From NCBI GenBank assembly GCA_045586225.1, contig JAZMZX010000127.1, positions 1 to 52,275 on the forward strand: DNA of 52,275 nucleotides. The letters are read 5' to 3'. This document shows positions 44,394 through 52,275 of the stretch, in pieces. Each line of letters begins with the position of its first letter. Position 1 is the stretch's first letter. The translations under genes were made by a program, and so were the position numbers. This stretch comes from Eubacteriales bacterium (GTDB lineage: Bacteria; Bacillota; Clostridia; Oscillospirales; CAG-272). Below the pieces are notes generated by a model. It saw only the letters and a list, made by a program, of their open reading frames with translations, ran no database searches and was not told the origin of the DNA.

Positions 44394-45249
44394 AATATCC
44401 CTTTGGGTGGACGGCGAATACGACCTTGACACCATTGAAGAGCTTCCCGACCACACCGACACCGAGGTCAAGCACCGCGAGATCGTGCTTGGCGAGCTGA
44501 AGCACCGCCGCCTCATCCACGTGGCATACGTGGTGATGGCAGTGTTCTGCCTCGTTTGCATGGCGACCCTGCTGCTTTGCACCATCGACGGTATGCCGAG
44601 ATTCGGCGAATCCTCGGAGCATATGGATATGGTCACCTACGAATACCTTGCAAACGGCATGGAATACACGGGTGCCGTGAATATCGTTGCGGGCATCATT
44701 CTCGAATATCGCGCATTCGACACTCTCGGTGAATCCTTCGTGCTTTTCTGCGCACTCACCTGCGTGCTTTCGCTGCTTTGGGCGGATCGCTCCGAAAAGA
44801 ACGAAAATGCAGGCTCTGATATTTTCGATCTGACAGGGGACCCCATCCTGAGAAAGACCGTTATCGCCATCGTTCCCCTTATCCTTGTGTTCGGCATTTA
44901 TATGCTTCTGAACGGTCACATCTCTCCCGGCGGAGGATTCTCCGGCGGAGCCGTTATCGGAGCTGCCGTGATACTTCTTTCCTCCGCATACGGCGAAAAC
45001 GTTGCCGGAAGCTTTCTCTCCGAGAAGAGATTCAAAACGGTGACCTTTATCGCACTTTCCTTCTACTGCCTTTCCAAGAGCTATAGCTTCTATACCGGTG
45101 CAAACGGCATTGAAAGCTTTATCGGAAACGGCACTCCCGGCAACATTCTCTCGGCGGGACTTATCCTCCCTCTTAATATCGCTGTTGGAATGGTCGTTGC
45201 CTCTACTATGTACGGCATCTACCGCATGATCGGCTGGAGGCGTTTTTAA
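44362..45249 (+). CDS. mrpB: Mrp/Mnh antiporter subunit B (MbhE/F-like)
   Basis: VNIVAGIILEYRAFDTLGE and GHISPGGGFSGGAV motifs. The GTG start at 44362 overlaps the previous gene by 32 nt, so the start is uncertain (alternative GTG at 44407). Confidence 0.75.
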   Translation: MKNRITKLKNKISLWVDGEYDLDTIEELPDHTDTEVKHREIVLGELKHRRLIHVAYVVMAVFCLVCMATLLLCTIDGMPRFGESSEHMDMVTYEYLANGMEYTGAVNIVAGIILEYRAFDTLGESFVLFCALTCVLSLLWADRSEKNENAGSDIFDLTGDPILRKTVIAIVPLILVFGIYMLLNGHISPGGGFSGGAVIGAAVILLSSAYGENVAGSFLSEKRFKTVTFIALSFYCLSKSYSFYTGANGIESFIGNGTPGNILSAGLILPLNIAVGMVVASTMYGIYRMIGWRRF

Positions 45250-45626
45250 TGAACAACCTGCTTTATAACTACGAAGAAGCCGTTGCGCTTATACTTTTCT
45301 GCATCGGCTTTATGATGCTCCTTTTCGGACGCAACATCATAAGAAAGCTCATCGGAATGAACATTATGGACACGGGGATATACCTTTTCCTTGCATCCCT
45401 CGGCTATATCTACGGCGGTAAGCCTCCCATAATCGAAAACGGTGACACAAACCCCCTCACCTATATCAATCCCGTTCCCTCGGCGCTTGTACTGACGGGC
45501 ATCGTCGTTTCCGTCAGCGTCACGGCGGTGATGCTGTCCCTTTCCGTGCGCCTTTACGAGCGCTATCACACGCTGAATCTGGATGAGATATACGTTATGG
45601 CGAGAGAAAGGCGAGAACACAGATGA
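45249..45626 (+). CDS. mrpC: Mrp/Mnh antiporter subunit C (NuoK-like)
   Basis: 125 aa, 3 TMs. LIGMNIMDTGIYLFLAS and LTGIVVSVSVTAV. TAATG junction with mrpB. Confidence 0.82.
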   Translation: MNNLLYNYEEAVALILFCIGFMMLLFGRNIIRKLIGMNIMDTGIYLFLASLGYIYGGKPPIIENGDTNPLTYINPVPSALVLTGIVVSVSVTAVMLSLSVRLYERYHTLNLDEIYVMARERREHR

Positions 45627-47155
45627 TGGATTTTGTTTGTAATTTCCCGTTCTTTTCGGTGGTGATTTGCCTTTTTGCGGCTGTCACCTGCTCCATCCTC
45701 AAGCCCCGCGCGGCACGCGTGCTGACTATCGCGGTGGAGGTGGCTCTCGTGGTCATGTCGAGTGCGGTGTTCCTTTACACAAAGGAGCTTGGCACGTATT
45801 TCACCTACAATATGGGGCATTTCGATGCTCCCTGGGTCAATCAGCTCCGCGCAGGCGTTGCTGAATCTGTGGCGGCGATAATGTTTTCCGCCGTGCTGCT
45901 TCTTTCTCACATCGGCGGCGTCAGATATATCATTTCCGACGTTACCGAGCAGAAGCAGAATCTTTATTGCCTTCTTTTGAATCTTATCGGCGCGGCGCTT
46001 ATGGCCCTCGCCTACACGAACGACCTTTTTACAGGCTACGTTTTCCTTGAGATAATGACCCTTGCATCCTGCGGGCTTCTCATTATCAGAAAGTCCGGAC
46101 GTACAGCGCTTGCCGCAACCAGATATATGATCCTGAATCTTCTGGGATCGGGTCTTTTCCTTTTGGGTATCACGCTTTTCTACGGCATCACCGGCCATCT
46201 TCTCATGGAGTATATCGGTGACCGCACCGCCATACTCGACGCAACGGGCGAATATTCGCTCCCTCTCACGGTTACCGTTGGCCTCGTTTGCGCAGGCCTC
46301 GGTATCAAGGCCGGTCTTTTCCCCTTCCACACCTGGATGCCCGACACCTACGGCTGCGCAACTCCCGCATCCTCCGCCGTGCTCTCCGGCATCGTTTCCA
46401 AGGGCTATATCTTTCTTCTCATAAAGATAATGTATCGCGTTGTGGGTCTCGAAACAGAGGCGCTTGTTACCGCGCGGCATATCCTTCTGATCTTCGGACT
46501 TTTCGGAATGATATTCGGCTCATTCTCCGCTATGCATTCCCGTCACCTGAACAGAATGATAGCATATTCCTCTGCCGCTCAGATAGGATATATCTTCGTC
46601 GGTATAGGACTTGGAGGTGAGGCGGGCTTCATGGCGGCGCTTTTTCAGATGTTCGCTCATTCCTTCACCAAGCCGCTGCTCTTCCTTTCGGGTGCAAGGC
46701 TTTCTGAGGTCTCCGACGATAATCTCGTGTTCCACGACCTGCAGGGCTCTGCCCATAATCACAGGCTTGCGGGAATTATGTTTACGGTCGCGGCACTTTC
46801 GATGACGGGCGTGCCCTCCCTTGCGGGCTTCACGGCAAAGCTCTATTTCGCAGTTGCATCAACGGAGCACCGCGGCATCGTTGAGATAGTGGTGCTGACC
46901 GCCCTTGCCGTAAGCACGCTGCTCAATGCTCTTTATTTCATACGTACGGTTATCCGTATATACACCCCCACGACTCACGGTGCCATCTATCACGAAGAAG
47001 CTGCCGTCAGCGCGCCTCTTGAGGTGGTGCATCCCAAGCGTGACGTTGGACTTCTTGTTTCTTCTCTCGGATTCGTTTTCGTGATGTTTTATCTGGGGCT
47101 TAATGCACAGCCCATAGCGGATATCCTCACGATGGGACTTTCAATGTTTTCTTGA
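45623..47155 (+). CDS. mrpD: Antiporter-like subunit 1 (MrpD/NuoM/NuoN superfamily)
   Basis: 510 aa, polytopic. GLGIKAGLFPFHTWMPDTY...SGIVSKGYIF core. ATGA-coupled to mrpC. Confidence 0.82.
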   Translation: MMDFVCNFPFFSVVICLFAAVTCSILKPRAARVLTIAVEVALVVMSSAVFLYTKELGTYFTYNMGHFDAPWVNQLRAGVAESVAAIMFSAVLLLSHIGGVRYIISDVTEQKQNLYCLLLNLIGAALMALAYTNDLFTGYVFLEIMTLASCGLLIIRKSGRTALAATRYMILNLLGSGLFLLGITLFYGITGHLLMEYIGDRTAILDATGEYSLPLTVTVGLVCAGLGIKAGLFPFHTWMPDTYGCATPASSAVLSGIVSKGYIFLLIKIMYRVVGLETEALVTARHILLIFGLFGMIFGSFSAMHSRHLNRMIAYSSAAQIGYIFVGIGLGGEAGFMAALFQMFAHSFTKPLLFLSGARLSEVSDDNLVFHDLQGSAHNHRLAGIMFTVAALSMTGVPSLAGFTAKLYFAVASTEHRGIVEIVVLTALAVSTLLNALYFIRTVIRIYTPTTHGAIYHEEAAVSAPLEVVHPKRDVGLLVSSLGFVFVMFYLGLNAQPIADILTMGLSMFS

Positions 47156-47178
47156 TCAATCGGAAAGGAATTTGAATC

Positions 47179-48615
47179 ATGATAATTATTCCGATACTTT
47201 TTGCAGCCCTGGCAGGCGCACTTTTGCCGCTTTTCAGGCTGAACGATATATCCCGCCGCGTTTACGTTTCAGCGGCCACCGCCATCACCTGCGCTGTCAC
47301 CGTGCTTTTCATGGTGAAGGGCGGGGAATGGACTCTTTTCTCAATGGCGGAGGGACTCCACGTTTCCTATGCCGTTGACGGTATGGCAAAGGTGTTTGCC
47401 TCCGTGTTTATGACAGCATGGGTCCTCGTTATGGTGTATGCTTTCACTTATATCAAGCACGAAGGCCACGACGACAGATTCTTCGCATTCTATCTTATTT
47501 CTCTGGGAGCGCTCATCTCCCTTTGCTTCTCGTCCAATCTTGTGACGATGTATCTTTCCTTTGAGCTTATCACCCTCATGTCAATGCCTCTTGTTCTCCA
47601 TTCGGGAACGAAGGAGGCTATCTCCGCTGCGCTGAAGTATCTCTTCTATTCCGTTGCCGGCGGATTTATGGGGCTTTTCGGAATTTTCTTCATCCACGCG
47701 GCAACCGGCGGCAGCTTCGTTGCCGGCGGCGCTCCTCTCACCGACAGCAAGTGGCTTCCCATCGCAGTTTTCGTTGCCATTCTGGGCTTCGGTACGAAGG
47801 CGGGCATGTATCCCATGCACGGCTGGCTTCCCACGGCACACCCCGTGGCACCGGCGCCTGCATCTGCGGTGCTTTCCGCGATTATTGCAAAGGCGGGCGT
47901 TGTTGCCGTTGTGCGTATCGTGTTCTGGTCTGTGGGCGCGGACTATATCCGCGGCACGTGGGTGGCCGACGCGTGGCTCATCCTCGCTATGATAACGGTT
48001 GTTATGGGCTCCACCATGGCATACCGTGAAAAGGTGCTGAAAAAGAGGCTGGCATATTCCACCGTCAGCAACGTTTCCTATATAATGCTTGGCCTGGCAA
48101 CACTCACGTCGGTAGGTGTCACCGGTGCATTCCTCCACGTGATCGCTCACGCATTTGCCAAGAATGCTCTCTTCCTTGCGGCAGGCGCTATCATCTATAA
48201 AACGGGACGCACAAACGTAAGCCAGCTTTCCGGTATCGGCAGACGTATGCCCCTGACGATGGCGTGCTTCACCGTTTCCTCTCTCTCACTTATCGGTATC
48301 CCGCCCCTTATGGGCTTTTTGTCCAAGTGGTCGCTGGCTTTGGGCGGCGCTCAGCTTGAAAGCCCTGCATTCAGCGTGCTTGCACCGCTCACACTCATTG
48401 TTTCCGCCCTTCTCACGGCAGGCTACCTTCTCAAGCCCGTGATCAGCGCCTATTTCCCCGGCAGCGATGCTGTGAAGGACGATGAAGACGTATCCGAGGC
48501 GCCCCTTTCGATGACGGTGCCCATGATCCTGTTCTCCGTTCTTTCTCTTGCGACGGGCCTTTTCGGCGGACAGATAACGTCGGTGATCTCCGATATCATC
48601 GCACCCTTGTTTTAA
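47179..48615 (+). CDS. Antiporter-like subunit 2 (MrpD/NuoM/NuoN superfamily)
   Basis: 478 aa. GFGTKAGMYPMHGWLPTAHPVAPAPASAVLSAIIAKAG core. Confidence 0.82.
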   Translation: MIIIPILFAALAGALLPLFRLNDISRRVYVSAATAITCAVTVLFMVKGGEWTLFSMAEGLHVSYAVDGMAKVFASVFMTAWVLVMVYAFTYIKHEGHDDRFFAFYLISLGALISLCFSSNLVTMYLSFELITLMSMPLVLHSGTKEAISAALKYLFYSVAGGFMGLFGIFFIHAATGGSFVAGGAPLTDSKWLPIAVFVAILGFGTKAGMYPMHGWLPTAHPVAPAPASAVLSAIIAKAGVVAVVRIVFWSVGADYIRGTWVADAWLILAMITVVMGSTMAYREKVLKKRLAYSTVSNVSYIMLGLATLTSVGVTGAFLHVIAHAFAKNALFLAAGAIIYKTGRTNVSQLSGIGRRMPLTMACFTVSSLSLIGIPPLMGFLSKWSLALGGAQLESPAFSVLAPLTLIVSALLTAGYLLKPVISAYFPGSDAVKDDEDVSEAPLSMTVPMILFSVLSLATGLFGGQITSVISDIIAPLF

Positions 48616-48618
48616 GCT

Positions 48619-50091
48619 ATGAACGAACTTTATTTGCTTTTACCGATCATCATCCCCATCGTCGGTGCCACCGTCGTATGGTGCTTCAAGCCCCGCTCCA
48701 CCGTCCTGCGAAACAGCATGGTTTTGTTTATCATGGCGGCAAATGCGGCGGCAACGTGGTTTCTGATACTGAACCGCCCCGAGGGCGAGCTTCGTCTCTT
48801 CTCCTTTGGAAACGAATTCCCCATAATCCTTTCCCTTGACGGATTCGGATCGTTCTTTGCGGCAATGACCTCCACCCTTGCGGTGTTCGTCACCTTCTAT
48901 GCCTTCTTCTATATGAAGGGTGAAAAGCACACCCGCATATTCTATACGTTCCTTATCCTCACCTTTTCCGCAACGGGCGGCATCTCCACGGCAGGAAACC
49001 TCATCACCCTCTATTTCTTCTATGAAATGCTCACCATATCCACCATTCCTCTTGTCATTCACGGCTGCGAGAAAAAGGATATGCATGCAGGCCGCATATA
49101 CGCGGCATACCAGCTGGGAGGCGCGGCGCTTGCATTCGTTGGCATCGTCGTCGTCACCTCAGCCTTTGGCTCCACGGATTTCGTTCTCGGCGGACTCACT
49201 CTTCCCGAGGGAGGCTCACACCTTTTGCTCCACGTGATATTCCTGTTTATGCTCGTTGGATTCGGCGTGAAGGCGTGCCTTTTCCCCTTCTTCGGATGGC
49301 TCCCCGTTGCATCCGTTGCTCCCACTCCCGTCACGGCGCTTCTCCATTCCGTTGCAGTCGTCAAGGCAGGCATCTTCGCAATAATGCGAATGATATATTA
49401 TAATTTCGGCACAGACTGCATCAGCAGCTCCGTTGCAGGCGATATCGGCCTTGTTCTTGCCATTATCACCACGGTTTACGCCGCAGTCCTTGCGGTGCGT
49501 GAGCGCCATTTCAAGCGCAGACTTGCGTATTCCACAGTCAGCAACCTTTCCTATATCCTTATCGGTGTGCTTCTTTACACCGAAGCAGGCTTCGCAGCAG
49601 GTCTTTGCCACATGCTCTTCCATGCATTCATCAAAATGAACGCATTCTTGTGCGCAGGTGCCTTTATGAAGCAAACGGACAAGGCCTACGTCTACGAGCT
49701 TGACGGGATTGGCTACAAGATGCCCGTCACCTTCGTGTGCTACACGGTGTCAGCGCTTGCGCTGACGGGTATCCCCCTCACCTCGGGCTTCGTTTCAAAG
49801 TGGCAGCTGGTGTCTGCCGCCATCGAGGCAAACACCACCCTTTCCGTTATCGGTGCGGCGGCGCTTCTCGTTTCCGCCATGCTCTGCGCGGTCTACTCGC
49901 TCTCTCCTGCAGTGCGTGCCTTCTGGCCCAAGAGAGACGAAAACGGCGCCATCGTGCATCGCGCTGAAGGGAAGGATTCTGTCGGTATGTGCATACCTAT
50001 GGTGATATTCGCCGTCGTGAACGTTGTTCTCGGCTTCTCATCGGGCTATATCGTGGAGCTTTGCTCCAAAATAGCCGGCGGACTTTGCTGA
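48619..50091 (+). CDS. Antiporter-like subunit 3 (MrpA/NuoL-like core motif)
   Basis: 490 aa. GFGVKACLFPFFGWLPVASVAPTPVTALLHSVAVVKAG. Phe replaces the His seen in the three paralogs, and there is an extra His in ALLHS. Confidence 0.8.
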   Translation: MNELYLLLPIIIPIVGATVVWCFKPRSTVLRNSMVLFIMAANAAATWFLILNRPEGELRLFSFGNEFPIILSLDGFGSFFAAMTSTLAVFVTFYAFFYMKGEKHTRIFYTFLILTFSATGGISTAGNLITLYFFYEMLTISTIPLVIHGCEKKDMHAGRIYAAYQLGGAALAFVGIVVVTSAFGSTDFVLGGLTLPEGGSHLLLHVIFLFMLVGFGVKACLFPFFGWLPVASVAPTPVTALLHSVAVVKAGIFAIMRMIYYNFGTDCISSSVAGDIGLVLAIITTVYAAVLAVRERHFKRRLAYSTVSNLSYILIGVLLYTEAGFAAGLCHMLFHAFIKMNAFLCAGAFMKQTDKAYVYELDGIGYKMPVTFVCYTVSALALTGIPLTSGFVSKWQLVSAAIEANTTLSVIGAAALLVSAMLCAVYSLSPAVRAFWPKRDENGAIVHRAEGKDSVGMCIPMVIFAVVNVVLGFSSGYIVELCSKIAGGLC

Positions 50092-50104
50092 AGGAGGGAA
50101 CACT

Positions 50105-52081
50105 GTGAACTATATCCTTCTTATGCTCGTTATATTGCCTGTTTTAGTGTCGGTATTCGTTTACTTCGCAGGCAAAAAGAATCTGAAGCTTGCCTATGCG
50201 GCGGCGTTTGCAACGGCGCTTGTTGAAACTGTCGCATTTGCGGTCCTCTGGCTCCGTGAAGCTTCGCTTTCCATCACTGTCGGCGGCGGTGCCGCTACCT
50301 TTGCGCTGGGGCTGGACGGCTTCCGCTCCCTTTATGCGCTTGTGGCTTCGTTTATGTGGCTTATCACCTCGGCGCTTCTGCCCGAATACTTCGCCCACTA
50401 TAAAAACCGCCCCCGCTTCCTCTTTTTCTATCTGCTGACCTTCGGCGCCACCCTCGGCGTGTTCCTTTCAAAGGACCTTGCAACCACCTTCATCTTCTTT
50501 GAGGTGGTGTCCTTTGCCTCCTTTGTGTGGGTGCTTCACGACGAAACGGAAGCGGCGCTTTCCGCCGCGAAAACGTATCTTGCAACGGCGGTGTTCGGCG
50601 GCATGGTCCTGCTTTTGGGTCTCCTTTTTCTCTATAAGCACACGGGTACCCTCGCACTTGACGAAATATCTTCTGCGGTTGCCGAAATGCCCGACGGAGC
50701 CAAGCTCACCGCAGGACTTTGCCTGCTTTTCGGCTTTGCGGCCAAGGCAGGTATGTTTCCTCTTCACATCTGGCTGCCCAAAGCGCACCCTGCCGCACCT
50801 GCTCCCGCCTCTGCACTTCTTTCCGGAGTGCTCACCAAGGTTGGTGTGTATGGCATCGTTGCCGTAAGCGTCACAATGTTTTATGCAAACGTCGAATGGG
50901 GTAAGATCCTCTTGATATTCGGCGTTATCACGCTCCTTCTCGGTGCGTTTATGGCTCTCGTTTCCGTGAATCTGAAGCGCACGCTTGCCTGCTCATCAAT
51001 GTCGCAGATAGGCTTCATCCTCACGGGAGTTGCCGCCGCATCCATTCTGGGGCATCACAATTCCCACGCGGCAACGGGCGTTATTCTCTATATGCTGAAT
51101 CACTCCATGATGAAGCTGATACTTTTCTCCGCCGCAGGCGTGATGTATATGAACATCCACAAGCTTGACCTTAACGGCATCAAGGGCTGGGGCAGAGGAA
51201 AGCCTATGTTCTGCATCGCATTTTTGCTTGGCGGTCTCGGTCTTGCCGGTATCCCCGGCACGGGCGGCTACATAGCCAAGACCCTCATCCACGAAGCCAT
51301 TCTCGAATGCGTCCATGCGGTGCCCTTCGCAAAGGCAGCGGAGCTGCTCTTCCTTCTGGGCGGCGGATGCACCCTCGCCTATATGACGAAGCTTTTCGTG
51401 ATACTTTTCATTGAAAAGCCCGAAAATGAGGCTCACGGGGCAGAGAAGAAATACATGGATCCCGTTACCTCGGCAGCGCTCATTCTTGCGTGTCTGCCCG
51501 TGCTCTTCACCGGTATCCCCGCCGTGTCGGAGTTCATCGCAAAGAATGCCGCCGCTTTCGCAGGCGGAGAGGTTGCCCTCGGCGTTCACTATTTCCAGTG
51601 GGTGTGCCTGAAGGGAGCCCTCGTCACCGTCACTGTGGGCGCGCTGGTTTATTTCCTCTTTGTCCGCACCGTCACAAGGCGTAAGGGCAAGTATGTGGAT
51701 ATCGTGCCTGCGTGGGCGGAGCTTGAAAAGCTTGTGTACGTGCCGCTTATCAATGCCGTCACCGCACTGATGGGATATATCCTTCGCCTCTTCGGTGAAA
51801 ACGTTATCACAGGCGCCCTTTACCGTTTCGGTAAGGCTGCCCTCATAACGGTGGCACACGCCCTTTCCGATGCACTTGACGCAGTGATATACCTCCTGCG
51901 CCGCACCGTTTTCCGCGCATCCGACGTGAAGCGCAGCGAAAGGCCGAATCCCATCGCGGAGGCATTCCACACAGAGTGGAGCCTTCTTTCCTCAGGCCTC
52001 ACAGACAACTTCTCCTATGCGCTCATCGCAACGGCTGTGGGTGTCTGCGTGATACTTCTTTACCTTATATTTATGTTCTGA
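50105..52081 (+). CDS. Antiporter-like subunit 4, longest paralog (658 aa; MrpA/HyfB/NuoL-M-like, exact class unresolved)
   Basis: GTG start with an AGGAGG RBS. GFAAKAGMFPLHIWLPKAHPAAPAPASALLSGVLTKVG core plus a ~170-aa C-terminal extension with additional TMs. Confidence 0.8.
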   Translation: MNYILLMLVILPVLVSVFVYFAGKKNLKLAYAAAFATALVETVAFAVLWLREASLSITVGGGAATFALGLDGFRSLYALVASFMWLITSALLPEYFAHYKNRPRFLFFYLLTFGATLGVFLSKDLATTFIFFEVVSFASFVWVLHDETEAALSAAKTYLATAVFGGMVLLLGLLFLYKHTGTLALDEISSAVAEMPDGAKLTAGLCLLFGFAAKAGMFPLHIWLPKAHPAAPAPASALLSGVLTKVGVYGIVAVSVTMFYANVEWGKILLIFGVITLLLGAFMALVSVNLKRTLACSSMSQIGFILTGVAAASILGHHNSHAATGVILYMLNHSMMKLILFSAAGVMYMNIHKLDLNGIKGWGRGKPMFCIAFLLGGLGLAGIPGTGGYIAKTLIHEAILECVHAVPFAKAAELLFLLGGGCTLAYMTKLFVILFIEKPENEAHGAEKKYMDPVTSAALILACLPVLFTGIPAVSEFIAKNAAAFAGGEVALGVHYFQWVCLKGALVTVTVGALVYFLFVRTVTRRKGKYVDIVPAWAELEKLVYVPLINAVTALMGYILRLFGENVITGALYRFGKAALITVAHALSDALDAVIYLLRRTVFRASDVKRSERPNPIAEAFHTEWSLLSSGLTDNFSYALIATAVGVCVILLYLIFMF

Positions 52082-52083
52082 CG

Positions 52084-52117
52084 AAAAAACGCTGTGAGCG
52101 ATGCTCACAGCGTTTTA
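52084..52117. terminator. Bidirectional rho-independent terminator ending the mrp-like operon
   Basis: cgctgtgagc (52090-52099) pairs with gctcacagcg (52103-52112), with an A-run before and a T-rich tail after. Confidence 0.8.
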
Positions 52118-52275
52118 TTATTTCAGCTCGTATTTCCATTCGCCGCCGTCACGGTAGTAGTAAAACTCGCTATAGTCGTCGCGAAGGAAAATCTTCAGCA
52201 TATCCTCCATATCGCTTGCCAGAGGCATGGAGGGAAGCGAGTCTATGTCTGCCCAGAAGACCTCGCCCTCCTCGG
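52118..52275 (-). CDS. 3' end of a minus-strand gene (hypothetical; start lies outside the window)
   Basis: Hand translation of the minus strand gives ...EEGEVFWADIDSLPSMPLASDMEDMLKIFLRDDYSEFYYYRDGGEWKYELK, then TAA at 52118-52120. It is not in the ORF track because it has no start in the window. Confidence 0.5.
   Translation of the reverse strand, partial: EEGEVFWADIDSLPSMPLASDMEDMLKIFLRDDYSEFYYYRDGGEWKYELK

Noticed and set aside
42985-52081. A membrane-bound hydrogenase (Mbh/Mbx/Hyf) operon.
   Set aside because: The gene order resembles the Mbh membrane arm. However, no NiFe large or small subunit, NuoB/C/D-like gene or ferredoxin-like gene is present, and the operon ends at a strong terminator (52084-52117).

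Overview
This looks like an ordinary chromosomal segment of a Clostridia-type Firmicute. It has AGGAGG-like RBSs, TTGACA/TATAAT promoters and hairpin plus T-run terminators. The genes are strongly codon-biased and throw long antisense shadow ORFs. I call about 60 CDS and one tRNA-Pro(CGG). I found no rRNA, no CRISPR array, and no transposase, integrase or other mobile-element gene.

Blocks from left to right:
1. Tandem paralogous discoidin-domain lipoproteins (1-1764).
2. A zinc-ribbon membrane protein, then an isolated phage-type lysis cassette (coiled-coil membrane protein, M23 endolysin, holin) next to tRNA-Pro (1960-4003).
3. A secreted transglutaminase with six Ig-like repeats (4184-6622).
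4. A 9.2-kb single-operon Wzx/Wzy glycan locus (6876-16088). It has only a priming sugar transferase, two PLP-fold enzymes, a FemAB-like transferase and a DltA/DltC-like carrier module joined to a hexapeptide acyltransferase.
5. A LysR regulator with a DctM-like permease, DegV, RadC, a fused ABC ATPase/FtsX permease, a GT4 glycosyltransferase, YbjQ, an SDR, Maa, a membrane-tethered MerR, GpsA, a PflX-type radical SAM enzyme and an LCP protein.
6. A minus-strand run of rlmD, two glycoside hydrolases, a mutarotase, a HAD hydrolase and an ECF sigma factor carrying a ~700-aa C-terminal extension.
7. srtB translationally coupled to rlmA, then a GT2.
8. A 10-gene Mrp-like operon with four antiporter-like subunits (42985-52081).

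Three things look most likely to be undescribed: the carrier-protein-dependent decoration module in the glycosyltransferase-poor glycan locus, the giant duplicated-domain ECF sigma fusion, and the redox-module-free four-pump Mrp complex. None can be proven novel from sequence alone. All functional calls come from motif recognition by eye, not from database searches.
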